NCBI GenBank assembly: GCA_036009625.1
Contig: DASYLJ010000167.1
Coordinates: forward strand, 1,323 to 65,322
Direction of reading: 5' to 3'
DNA length: 64,000 nucleotides
From: Candidatus Binatia bacterium
Lineage (GTDB): Bacteria; Desulfobacterota; Binatia; DP-6
Position numbers and translations under genes: made by a program. Every line of letters starts with the position of its first letter. Position 1 is the stretch's first letter. The notes under the pieces were generated by a model. It was not told the origin of the DNA. It saw nothing but the letters and a program-made list of their open reading frames with translations, and made no database searches. Below are positions 36,907 to 46,325 of the stretch, one piece after another.

Positions 36907-38739
36907 TCAGACCGCGATCTCGTCGACGTAGCACCAGCGCCAGGTCTCGCCCGGCTCGGCGGAGCGCACGATGGGATGCTGGCTCGCCCAGAAGTGCCGG
37001 CTCGCATGGCGGTGCTTCGACGAGTCGCAGCAGCCGACGTGGCCGCAGGCCAGGCACGCGCGCAGGTGGATCCACGTCTCGCCGAGCCGCAGGCATTCCT
37101 CGCAGCCGTCCGTGCGCGGCGGCGCATCGGTGATGGTGTCGAGATGGTCGCACGTCGGCGTGGCGTCGGTGTCGTCGAGCGGTTGGGTGCCGGCCGCATC
37201 CAGCGTGACGGCGGCGACGGCGGCGCCGGCCAGCACGAGGGCGGCGCACAGCAGCACGGCGCCACGGAAGCCGTCGAGGAAGGCGTCGTGCAGCAGCGTC
37301 GACAGCGCGGGTCGCTCGGTAGGAGCGACCCAGTCGGGAATGGAGGTGTCGGCGAGGTTGCGTCGCTCCGCCACCAGCGTGCGCGCGACGTCGGCCGGGA
37401 CGTCGGCCTCGACCAGGCGGTGCTCGAGGGCCGCGCTGTAGAGCGCCAGCGTCACCACGCCGGTGACGGCGACGGCGAGCAGCGTCCCGACGCGTGCGGC
37501 CGTGCTGTTGACGCCCGAGGCGACGCCGGCCGACGACGGTGAGACGGCGGCGAGCACGCTGGTCGTGAGTGGGGCGACCGTGAACGCCATGCCCAGCCCG
37601 GCCAGCGCCATCGGCCCGAAGAAGGTCGTCCAGTACGATCCGCCGATGCCGGGGAGCGCCATCGCGGCCAGCCCGAACGCTGCCAGGACGGGTCCAGCCA
37701 CCAGCATCGACTTCGTGCCGATGCGGTCGGCGAGGGCGCCGGTGCGCGACGAGAGGAGACCGATGATGAGCGCGAAGGGCAGGAACGCGGCGCCGGTCGC
37801 GATCGCGGAGTAGCCCTGCACCTGGACGAGGTTGAAGGGCAGCACGAAGAACGCGCCGGTGATGCCGGCGTACACCAGGACGGTGACGAGGTTGACGCCA
37901 CGGAACGCGCCCGACGCGAACAGCGCCGGCGGCAGCATCGGGTGCGGCGTGCGGCGCTCGTGCACCACGAAGCCGATCAGCGAGGCGATGCCCACGCCGA
38001 GCCCCACCAGGGCGGCCACGCCGACACCGATGATGCCGCTGACGATGCCGAAGAGCCCGAGCGTGGCGAGGGCGGCGCCGACCCAGTCGACGTCGGAGGC
38101 GCGCCGCATGACCGGCGGGTCGGGCACGCGCCACCAGGTCAGGACGAACGCCAGCAGTGCCGGCGGAATCGTGGCAGCGAACGCGACCCGCCACGAGCCG
38201 GCATCGACGAACCAGCCGCCGAGCATCGGGCTCAGCGCGCCGGTGATGGACGTGGCCGCCGACCAGGTGCCGATGGCCTTCCCACGCTCGGCACGCGGGA
38301 AGGCGGCGCTCAGCAGCGCCAGGCTGTTCGGCGACAGCAGTGCCGCTGCCAGCCCCTGCGCCGCGCGCGCGGCGACGAGCGTGTTCACGTCGGGTGCCAT
38401 GCTGGCCGCGACCGACGCCAGGGCGAGCCCGGCGGTGCCGACCAGGAACATGCGGCGGCGGCCGAAGCGATCGCCCGCGGCCCCGCCGGCAAGGGTCAGC
38501 GCCGCGAGCAGGATGGTGTAGGCGCTCGCCACCCACTGCATCTGCGCCACCGTCGCCCCGAGCGACGCCTGGATCGCCGGCAGCGCGACGTTGATGACCG
38601 AGGCCACCATGAAGACGAGGCTCGATCCGAGGATGGTGGCCGCCAGCACCCATTTGCGCGCGTAGGAGGCGCAGCCCGGGGTTTCTGGCGCGGTCCGGAC
38701 GACGGCGACGTCGCAGGATGGGCGTTCCTCGCCGATCAT
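36907..38739 (-). CDS. MFS transporter (DHA2/EmrB-like, about 14 TM) with C-terminal UBP-type zinc finger
   Basis: MFS motifs include LAGGAAGDRFGRRRMFLVG. The C-terminal 82 aa, CEECLRLGETWIHLRACLACGHVGCCDSSKHRHASRHFWASQHP, has the zf-UBP Cys/His pattern. Confidence 0.85.
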   Translation of the reverse strand: MIGEERPSCDVAVVRTAPETPGCASYARKWVLAATILGSSLVFMVASVINVALPAIQASLGATVAQMQWVASAYTILLAALTLAGGAAGDRFGRRRMFLVGTAGLALASVAASMAPDVNTLVAARAAQGLAAALLSPNSLALLSAAFPRAERGKAIGTWSAATSITGALSPMLGGWFVDAGSWRVAFAATIPPALLAFVLTWWRVPDPPVMRRASDVDWVGAALATLGLFGIVSGIIGVGVAALVGLGVGIASLIGFVVHERRTPHPMLPPALFASGAFRGVNLVTVLVYAGITGAFFVLPFNLVQVQGYSAIATGAAFLPFALIIGLLSSRTGALADRIGTKSMLVAGPVLAAFGLAAMALPGIGGSYWTTFFGPMALAGLGMAFTVAPLTTSVLAAVSPSSAGVASGVNSTAARVGTLLAVAVTGVVTLALYSAALEHRLVEADVPADVARTLVAERRNLADTSIPDWVAPTERPALSTLLHDAFLDGFRGAVLLCAALVLAGAAVAAVTLDAAGTQPLDDTDATPTCDHLDTITDAPPRTDGCEECLRLGETWIHLRACLACGHVGCCDSSKHRHASRHFWASQHPIVRSAEPGETWRWCYVDEIAV

Positions 38740-38897
38740 GCGCCGCCGGACGCCTCTCGCTGCATCGCCCCGTCCATGGCCCGCCGAGTTGTGTCCTCGC
38801 GGCGGAGCCGGCGCAACGGTGTTTCCCCGTCGGCGTCACGAAAATTCCCCGAAACTCTCCGGACCTCACCCCCGGGCGACGGGTAAAGGCAGCGCCC

Positions 38898-39134
38898 ATG
38901 ACGGAGCGATCCACGCTGGCTGGTCCCACCGACCATACCCACCCCGCCGACCACGCCTTCGTGATCCGGTTCCGGCTCGGCACCGATCCGACCAATGCCC
39001 ACGTGTATGGGCGCATCGAGCACGTCGTGTCGGGGCGTGGGGCGCGCTTCGTCTCCTACGAGGACCTGCTCGGCTTCATGCGGCGCATCCTCACCGAACG
39101 ACTCGCCTCGGGTTCGCGGGAGGACGCCGAGTGA
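38898..39134 (+). CDS. small hypothetical protein coupled to the downstream giant secreted protein
   Basis: 78 aa: FVIRFRLGTDPTNAHVYGRIEHVVSGRGARFVSYEDLLGFMRRIL. Its stop overlaps the GTG at 39131 (GTGA). Confidence 0.5.
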   Translation: MTERSTLAGPTDHTHPADHAFVIRFRLGTDPTNAHVYGRIEHVVSGRGARFVSYEDLLGFMRRILTERLASGSREDAE

Positions 39135-42100
39135 CGCGTTTGTGGGTGGCGCTGCTCGTCTCCGTGATCGCGGTGGCCGCCGGCACGGCGGCACGGAAGC
39201 CGGCGCCGTGCCCGGATGCGCGCTACGTGATCGGGGGCGCGCCGATCATCGCCGGCGCGACGTCACCCGACGTGGTGGCGATCGGATCGACGATCTCCAT
39301 CGGCAGCGGCTGCTCGCCGGTGAGCGTGAAGCGCAAGACCAAGAAGAAGGGCACCACGCTGAAAGCCGTCTGGAAGAGCGGCTGCACCGGCGTCACCGGC
39401 AAGGTGACGCTCACCGGCAAGATCGACGCGGCCTGCGGGACGGTGTCCGGCACCGTGCGCGGCAAGAAGGCGAAGCTGAAGCGCGCGTTCACCGCGACGC
39501 GGTCGTCCTGCGGTGACGGCGTGCGCGACGCGGGCGCCGAGGCGTGCGACGCCGGCAGCGGATGCGTGAAGGGGCAGAGCTGCACCAACGCGTGTGCCTG
39601 CGAGGGTGGCGGCGGTCCGGGGACGAATCAGGCGCCGACGGCGGCGGCGAGCGGCCCGAGCACGGCCACCGCGGGCACACCGGTCGTCTACGATGGCAGC
39701 GGCTCGACCGACCCGGACGGCGATGCGCTGACGCATTCGTGGGACTTCGGCGACGGCATCCGCGCCGGCGGCGGCCAGGTGGCGCACGTCTTCAATGCGG
39801 CCGGCACGTTCACCGTGCGGCTCACAGTGGGTGACGGCCGTGGCGGGACGGCGACGTCGGACGTCACCGTCACGGTCGCCGACGGTCCGGCGCCGGGGCC
39901 GGAGGTGATGGCGACCGGTCTGGTACGCACCACGGGCAGCGACCCCATCGCCGGTGCGTCCGTACGCATCGAGCCCGGTGGCACCACCGGCACGACCGAC
40001 GCCATGGGGAACGTGACGCTCGGTATCCGCACCGGCGTGCCGTCGCAGGTGCATGTGTCGAAGGCGGGCTTCGCCGATCAGATGATCGGCCTGCAGGCCG
40101 TGACCGGCTCCGAGGACTCCGTCTTCGAGGTGACGATGTTGCCGCGCGAAACGCCGTTGCTCCTCGCGGATGCCGCCGCCGGCGGCACGCTCGACGGCAA
40201 GCACGGCGCGCGCGTCGTCATCCCGGCCAATGCGCTCGTCGATACGAACGGCAACGCCGTGACCGGTGCGGTCGACGTCAGCGTGTCGCCGCTCGACGTC
40301 ACCGAGGAGCCGAGTGCGTTCCCCGGTCGCTGCGAGGGCGTGCGCACCGATGGTGCGCAGGGGCTCCTCGTCACGCACGGCACCGTCGAGTACGCGCTCG
40401 ACCAGAACGGGACGCCGGTGAACCTCCGGCCCGGCACCGCGGCGGTGATCGAGATTCCGGTCTACGCCGCGCTCGCCAAGGACGGCACGCCGCTCGCCCT
40501 CGGCGACACCTCGCCGCTTTGGTCGCTCGACGAGCAGAGCGGCGGCTGGGTGGAGGAGGGCGTGGGCACCATCGTGCAGTCGGCGGCGAGCCCGTCGGGC
40601 ATGGCACTGCGCGGCACGGTGACGCACTTCTCGTGGTGGAACCACGACGCGTTCGAGTTCCCGCCCGCACGGCCGAAGCCACGCTGCCTGGTCGACTCGA
40701 ATGCCGACGGCATCCTCGAAGACCTCACCGGCACCGGCTACTGCTGGCACGCCGGCACCGGCCCCGAGCAGCCCGACGACGGCTTCTCGTTGACGGGCGT
40801 CCATCCGGCGGTGACGGCGCCCCGCATCCCACAGTACACCGCGCAGACCACGCTGCCCGCGGCCGGCGGCGTCGAGCTCCCGATCCCGGCCGACATGGAC
40901 ATCCTGTTCCGGTCGCACGCCAAGGGCGGCACGCTGCGTGGCCAGAAGCTGGTGCGGCTCGGGCCGAACGTGTCGGAGACGGTCGACATCGTCCTCTATC
41001 CGCAGGACGCTCCGCTGCTGCCGATCGACCCGCTGCCGCACTCGGCCGACTACGAGCTGACGCACGACGGCCGTACCTTCACGTTCACCGCCACCGCCGG
41101 CGACCGGGTGTGGATCACGCTGACGCGATCCGACGACTTTCCGTTCACGCTCGGCGGCGCCTTCCTGATCGCGCCCGGCGACGTCGAGCTCGGGACGACG
41201 ACCTTCGGCGGCAACGGCGATCAGATCGGACAGATCGGCGCCGCGCTGCCGTCGACCGGCACGTACAAGATCAACATCGGGACGATGCAGGCAGGCGACT
41301 TCCACATCGAGGTCACGACGGGGACGGGACCGTTCCCGTTCTTCGTTTCGACGACGCCGGCGAACGGCGCCACCGGGGTGGCTGCGAGCACGAATCTCGG
41401 CGTCACCTTCAGCCAGGCGGTGACGTCGCCGGTGCACTTCCTCCTGGAGGGTCCGTCGTACAACGAGACCTTCGATCTGGCGATCGCCGGCGTCTCCACC
41501 GCGGGACCACCGTCGGTGCCGCTCGCGCCGGGGCTCACGTATCGCGCCACCGTGTCCACCGCCTTCGATGCGGTCACCGGTAAGCTGCAGGCGCCGAATC
41601 CCTACGAGTGGACGTTCATGACGGCGGAGGAGGACGGCGTCCCCGTCCCCGTCTTCGAGGCAAATTCCACCGATACGTTCCTCACGATCGCGGTCGCGAT
41701 CGGCGCCGGCGGCGAGGGCCACGCCGTGTGGACCACGCGCTTCACCCAGGGCAGCGGCGGCGGCCAGGTCTTCGGCGACGGCTACACCGCCGGCGAGGGA
41801 TGGGCCGCGTACCAGGAGCTGAGCATCCCCATCACGGGTCCGGCACCGAACGCTGCGGTGACCGTCGACGGGCAGGACGTCGGCACGGCGATCTGGACGC
41901 AACGGGAAGTCGGCGTGCAGCCGTTCCGGCACAGCATCTCCGCGAGCCGACGACAGCCGGGCGGCACGTGGAGCAGCCCGGTGCTCATCGAGACGTCGAG
42001 CATCAGCTTCGAGACGGAGGGCGTGCACGTCGGCGCGGATGCGGCCGGCAACGTCATCGCCGTGTGGAATCAGGAGTCGCCGCTGCCGAAGCAGCTGTGG

Positions 42101-42874
42101 TGGAACCGCTACACGGCCGGCGTGGGGTGGGGAACGGCCGCCGTGCTGACGGAGGGTGTCACCATCGGCACCCTGAACGAGCGTCATCGCGCGCTCGTGG
42201 TGTCGGCCGACGGCACCGCATTGCTCACCTACAAGGACCCCGCGCTGCACAACCACGTGCGGCGCTTCACGCCCGTCGGCGGCTGGGGCACGGCGAGCGA
42301 CTTCGGCACCGGCGAGCTGCGCATCGCCGCCAACGCCAGCGGCGACGGCATGGTCTACGTGCAGGCGAACGCGTCGACGCGTTCGACCTATCGTCTCTTC
42401 GCCGCCGGTGCGCCGGGGTGGTGCGCCGCGCCGCCCTGGTGCGAGCTGCCGTCGATGGGGATCGCCACCACCAGCAGCCCGTCGCTGGCGCTGGCCCCGG
42501 ACGGCTCGGCGATCGTGGTCCTGGTCGTTGCTGGGCAGGGTGTGGTGGCGGTGCACTACACGCCGCATCCGACGAATGCCGCTGCGGGAACCTGGGGTGC
42601 ACCGGTGGTGCTCCCGACGGCGCTCGAAGGCGCGGACCAGCTGCAGATGGCGATGGACGCCACCGGCGACGCGGTGGCGATCTGGAAGAAGAGCAGCGAC
42701 GTGGCGCAGCCGATGCGCTGGACGCGTTACACCGCCGGCGGCTCGTGGACCGCCCAGCAGACGGTCGCGGACATCGTGCAGGCGGTGCAGATCCGCCTGT
42801 TCATGGGTGCGGCGGGCGACACCCTGGTGCTGTCGCCGTCCGGCCAGGTGCTGCGGGCGGTGCGGCTCCCGTAG
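39131..42874 (+). CDS. large secreted multidomain protein (Cys-rich module, PKD, carboxypeptidase-regulatory-like, Ig-like domains)
   Basis: GGGAGGA lies before the GTG. Signal peptide is VTRLWVALLVSVIAVAAG. CGDGVRDAGAEACDAGSGC is a Cys-rich module. The PKD domain is YDGSGSTDPDGDALTHSWDFGDG...GTFTVRLTVGDGRGG (about 39630-39880). IAGASVRIEPGGTTGTTDAMGNVTL and PANGATGVAASTNLGVTFSQAV (SbsA/Big_5-like) follow. Confidence 0.8.
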   Translation: MTRLWVALLVSVIAVAAGTAARKPAPCPDARYVIGGAPIIAGATSPDVVAIGSTISIGSGCSPVSVKRKTKKKGTTLKAVWKSGCTGVTGKVTLTGKIDAACGTVSGTVRGKKAKLKRAFTATRSSCGDGVRDAGAEACDAGSGCVKGQSCTNACACEGGGGPGTNQAPTAAASGPSTATAGTPVVYDGSGSTDPDGDALTHSWDFGDGIRAGGGQVAHVFNAAGTFTVRLTVGDGRGGTATSDVTVTVADGPAPGPEVMATGLVRTTGSDPIAGASVRIEPGGTTGTTDAMGNVTLGIRTGVPSQVHVSKAGFADQMIGLQAVTGSEDSVFEVTMLPRETPLLLADAAAGGTLDGKHGARVVIPANALVDTNGNAVTGAVDVSVSPLDVTEEPSAFPGRCEGVRTDGAQGLLVTHGTVEYALDQNGTPVNLRPGTAAVIEIPVYAALAKDGTPLALGDTSPLWSLDEQSGGWVEEGVGTIVQSAASPSGMALRGTVTHFSWWNHDAFEFPPARPKPRCLVDSNADGILEDLTGTGYCWHAGTGPEQPDDGFSLTGVHPAVTAPRIPQYTAQTTLPAAGGVELPIPADMDILFRSHAKGGTLRGQKLVRLGPNVSETVDIVLYPQDAPLLPIDPLPHSADYELTHDGRTFTFTATAGDRVWITLTRSDDFPFTLGGAFLIAPGDVELGTTTFGGNGDQIGQIGAALPSTGTYKINIGTMQAGDFHIEVTTGTGPFPFFVSTTPANGATGVAASTNLGVTFSQAVTSPVHFLLEGPSYNETFDLAIAGVSTAGPPSVPLAPGLTYRATVSTAFDAVTGKLQAPNPYEWTFMTAEEDGVPVPVFEANSTDTFLTIAVAIGAGGEGHAVWTTRFTQGSGGGQVFGDGYTAGEGWAAYQELSIPITGPAPNAAVTVDGQDVGTAIWTQREVGVQPFRHSISASRRQPGGTWSSPVLIETSSISFETEGVHVGADAAGNVIAVWNQESPLPKQLWWNRYTAGVGWGTAAVLTEGVTIGTLNERHRALVVSADGTALLTYKDPALHNHVRRFTPVGGWGTASDFGTGELRIAANASGDGMVYVQANASTRSTYRLFAAGAPGWCAAPPWCELPSMGIATTSSPSLALAPDGSAIVVLVVAGQGVVAVHYTPHPTNAAAGTWGAPVVLPTALEGADQLQMAMDATGDAVAIWKKSSDVAQPMRWTRYTAGGSWTAQQTVADIVQAVQIRLFMGAAGDTLVLSPSGQVLRAVRLP

Positions 42875-42877
42875 CTC

Positions 42878-44893
42878 TCAGTTGGCCGGCGGGGCCGGGA
42901 GATTCGCCGCGAGCACCGGAACCCGCACGGTGCCGGAGACGTTCACGAGCGCGGCGACGTCGGTGCCCGAGCCGACGTATCGCGGCACGAACGAGGCGTG
43001 GATCAGGAGGCGCAGCTCTTCGCCCGGCGCCAGGCGCGCGGTGGCGCCGATGAGCTCGTCGTCGAACGCGCCGTAGCCGCGGAACGGCCGCACCTGGTTT
43101 GCCTGCAGCAGCGTGTCGAGGAGCGCGCCGGGTGCGCGTCGCGCCAGGCCGACGAAGACGATCGGATCGCCGAGCGAGAGACCGAGCGGATCCGCGACCT
43201 GCAGCTGGATGGTGGGAATACCGGCGACGACGGCGCCGTTCGGTCCGGCGACGGTGAGCACGATGCTCTGCACCAGCGGGCTCGCATCCTGCGCCAGCAC
43301 CGCCGTCGACGGAATGGCGAACGCCTGACCGCCCGCCGGCACGCCGTCGGTGACGACGCCGTCGTCGACGGTGGCATCCATGTGGAAGCAGGTACGCGGA
43401 ATGTAGTCGGCGTGGCCGGCCATGCCGCGGAGCTTCTCGTCGTACCAGTCGACGATCGACTGCGTCTTCTGCAGCGCGCCGCACTGCTCGCCGGTGTTGA
43501 ACCCGCCGATGCCGGGGAAGAGGCTGTCGTGGCCGCCGTTCTTCGTGAGCAGACGCACGTCGCCGCCGAGCGCCGCGACGCAGGCCGCGTTGTGCACCGC
43601 CTCGTTCAGATTGAAGAGCGTGTCGCTGGCGGACTGCCAGTAGAGCGCGTCGATCGGCGGTAGCGTGCCGGCTTCGCACTGTGTGATCAGGCTCGACGCC
43701 TTCAGGAGGTCGAGCTGCTGCTGCGTCAGGCTGTTCGTGGTGAGCCCCTGGATGAGGCCGGCGGTCACCTCCGGGTCCTGTCCACCCGGCGTGGCGGTGC
43801 CTGCCGCCGACAGCGCCACCGCCCAGAACGACTTGAAGACCGATCCCGAGAACAGCGCGGAGCGCAGGTCGTGCCACGTGATCTCGGGAGCGATCGCGTC
43901 CAGACGTCGCTGTGGGTCGTGGGCGTAGAGGATGTGCTGGAAGCCGCCGCCGTAGCTGCCGCCGGTGGCGCCGAGGAGCAGATTGCCGTCGCGGTAGGCG
44001 AGCCAGGACAGGGCGCCTTCCGCCCAGTCGACGATCTGGACGAGATCACGGCCCTCGAAGTTCGGATCGAGGATGCGGATCCGTCCGCCGCTGCCGCCGT
44101 GGCCGCGCTGGTCGACGGAGATGATGCCGTACCCGGCGTCGAGCAGGCGCGCGAACGTGTCGCTGCCGCCCGGCGCCGGGCGCTCGGCGGCGGCGATGCG
44201 ATTGCCGCCGTAGCCGTGTCCTTCGAGGATGAGCGGATACTTGCGGCCCTCCACGAAGGTGGTGGGCTCGTGCACGGTGAACGCGATGTTGGCGCCGTCG
44301 ACGCTCGACGGCATGACGACGTCGGTGGAGACGCCGTCGCGCGGCGTCGCGACACCGCCGGGGCAGCTCGCGGGGGCGGGCGCGTTCTTGGCGACGAAGG
44401 CGCCCGGCTGATTGCGCTTGATGATGCCGCCGAAGAGCGCGCAGTACCGCGTGTCGCCGGTGGTGAGGACGAGGCCGATGGCGCTCTGGCTGGGCTCGTT
44501 CAGCGAGATGCCGGTGGAGCGTGCCTTGACCTTGAGGCTGCCGTTCTTCAGCAGCGCCACCTTCACCGCCGACGGTCCCGCAGGCGCGTCGGGATTCTTG
44601 AACTTGTACGCCGTACCATTGCCGTTCGCCGTCCAGCGACTCGCCGGCAGGTCGATGGTGGCGGACTCGCCGCTGTCGGCGACGACGATGGCGAGCACGG
44701 CGCCGGTCGTGCGCGGGTCGCTGCCGTTGGTTGCGATCAGCGGCGACTTCGCTGTGAACGACAGCTGCTGGCGACCGGAGCGCGCCGACATCGCCAGTGA
44801 GCGACCGGGGATCAGACGGTCGGCCGCGTGCGCGCCGGCGGTCGAGAGGAGGAGCATCGAGACGACGGTGGACGCGGCACGGAATGACGGCAT
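42878..44893 (-). CDS. secreted CocE/NonD (S15, X-Pro dipeptidyl-peptidase-like) hydrolase with an extra N-terminal domain
   Basis: Signal peptide is MLLLSTAGAHA. The alpha/beta hydrolase core has PLILEGHGYGG, DQRGHGGSGG and the nucleophile elbow GATGGSYGG. About 150 aa of N-terminal domain are shared with the gene at 62562. Confidence 0.8.
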   Translation of the reverse strand: MPSFRAASTVVSMLLLSTAGAHAADRLIPGRSLAMSARSGRQQLSFTAKSPLIATNGSDPRTTGAVLAIVVADSGESATIDLPASRWTANGNGTAYKFKNPDAPAGPSAVKVALLKNGSLKVKARSTGISLNEPSQSAIGLVLTTGDTRYCALFGGIIKRNQPGAFVAKNAPAPASCPGGVATPRDGVSTDVVMPSSVDGANIAFTVHEPTTFVEGRKYPLILEGHGYGGNRIAAAERPAPGGSDTFARLLDAGYGIISVDQRGHGGSGGRIRILDPNFEGRDLVQIVDWAEGALSWLAYRDGNLLLGATGGSYGGGFQHILYAHDPQRRLDAIAPEITWHDLRSALFSGSVFKSFWAVALSAAGTATPGGQDPEVTAGLIQGLTTNSLTQQQLDLLKASSLITQCEAGTLPPIDALYWQSASDTLFNLNEAVHNAACVAALGGDVRLLTKNGGHDSLFPGIGGFNTGEQCGALQKTQSIVDWYDEKLRGMAGHADYIPRTCFHMDATVDDGVVTDGVPAGGQAFAIPSTAVLAQDASPLVQSIVLTVAGPNGAVVAGIPTIQLQVADPLGLSLGDPIVFVGLARRAPGALLDTLLQANQVRPFRGYGAFDDELIGATARLAPGEELRLLIHASFVPRYVGSGTDVAALVNVSGTVRVPVLAANLPAPPAN

Positions 44894-44960
44894 GGTGTCG
44901 CGACCTTACGGAGCGGCGCGGCGCGGTGCCTCCCGCGGCGACGTGACTCACATCCCGGGG

Positions 44961-46325
44961 ATGCGTGAGGTACCCAAGAATATTGCCAGGAGGGTGATTG
45001 ACGACGCGACGGGCTTGGGCGCACTCTCCCGGTCGGTGGGGGCGAGCGCAGCCATTCCGGTGCTCGACGATCTGATGCGTCACGAGCTGCTGGCGCTCCT
45101 CGATGCCATCGGTGCGCGGTGCGGATATCTGGCGCTCTACGGCGACGACGATGCGCCGGGCGAGCCGAGCTGGTGGATCGCGCAGCACCTGCAGCCGGGC
45201 GTCATCGCGGCGGTCGCTGCGCGCGTGTCGCGCGGCGGCACGGCACGCGCGTTGGCGTTGGGTGAGGTCGCCGAGGGCACGTCGTCGCTCTGTGCCGCCA
45301 TCGGTGCCGATCCGCCGTGCGGCCTGGTGTTCGTCGAGACGCCGGCCCCGGTCACCAGCCGGCAACGGATGCGCTTCGCCGCGGTGTTGCGAGGGGCGAC
45401 GACGCGGCTCATGCGGGCGTTGTCCGACGAGCATGCCCGCGATCCGCTCGCGGCGTTGCGCGGACACCTGTGTCTCGATGGTGTCGACGGCCGCAGCGCG
45501 GCGCTCGTGGCGATGCTCCAGGACGTCGCCGAGCTCGCGCCGCGGGACGTACCGGTGCTCGTGCTCGGGCCCACCGGTGCCGGTAAGCGGCGCGTGGCGC
45601 GCGTGCTGCACGACAGCAGCCCCTTCGGACGCGGCCCCTTCGTCGAGCTGCACGTCGAGGCGATCTGCGCGACGGCGATCGACGACGTGCTGTGGGGGAG
45701 TCGCGCGCCCGGTGGCCGGGCCGGCCTGTTGGCGATGGCGCGGGGCGGGACGTTCCATCTCGACGGCTACGGCTCGCACGATCCCGCCATCGAGGCGAAG
45801 CTGTCGGCGGTCCTGACGCAGCGATCGGTCGGATGTCGCATCGTCGCGAGCACGCGGTTCGCCACCGATGCATCGTGCCCGAGCACGCTCCTCGATGCCC
45901 TGCGCGACAACGTGGTGACCGTACCCTCGTTGGCCGAGCGCACCGGCGACGTCGCCCTGCTCGCGCGCACCGGGCTGGACACCGCCGTTCGACACCACGG
46001 CCTGGCGCCGATGGACATCTCGTCGGCGGCGCTGCGGTGGCTCGTGGCAGCGGACTGGCCCGGCAACGTGCGTTCGCTCCTCGACTGCGTCGAGCGCGGG
46101 GCGATCCTGGCCGGCGCCGAGCCGTCGTCCCTGGTGCAGCTCCGCCACCTCACCCACGACCCGCAGGCGCCGACGCTGCACGACCTGCCGCCCGACCAGC
46201 GCCCGACGGCGCTCGCGCGCGCGCTCGTCGGCTCGGGCTGGGACGTCGACGGTACGGCGCGGCGTCTCGACCTGCGACGCGCCGAGCTCTACCGCATGAT
46301 CCGCGACCACGGCCTCGCGGCCTAG
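44961..46325 (+). CDS. GAF-like-AAA+-HTH regulator R3, sigma-54-EBP-like with degenerate motifs
   Basis: Walker A GPTGAGKR is present. No GAFTGA is present. Walker B is FHLDGYG. WPGNVRSLLDCV and the C-terminal HTH TARRLDLRRAELYRMIRDHGL are retained. The start is uncertain. Confidence 0.7.
   Translation: MREVPKNIARRVIDDATGLGALSRSVGASAAIPVLDDLMRHELLALLDAIGARCGYLALYGDDDAPGEPSWWIAQHLQPGVIAAVAARVSRGGTARALALGEVAEGTSSLCAAIGADPPCGLVFVETPAPVTSRQRMRFAAVLRGATTRLMRALSDEHARDPLAALRGHLCLDGVDGRSAALVAMLQDVAELAPRDVPVLVLGPTGAGKRRVARVLHDSSPFGRGPFVELHVEAICATAIDDVLWGSRAPGGRAGLLAMARGGTFHLDGYGSHDPAIEAKLSAVLTQRSVGCRIVASTRFATDASCPSTLLDALRDNVVTVPSLAERTGDVALLARTGLDTAVRHHGLAPMDISSAALRWLVAADWPGNVRSLLDCVERGAILAGAEPSSLVQLRHLTHDPQAPTLHDLPPDQRPTALARALVGSGWDVDGTARRLDLRRAELYRMIRDHGLAA

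Noticed and set aside
39263-42568. 1101-aa minus ORF
   Set aside because: It is antisense to the PKD/Ig-domain secreted protein gene, which has clear domains, a signal peptide and an SD.
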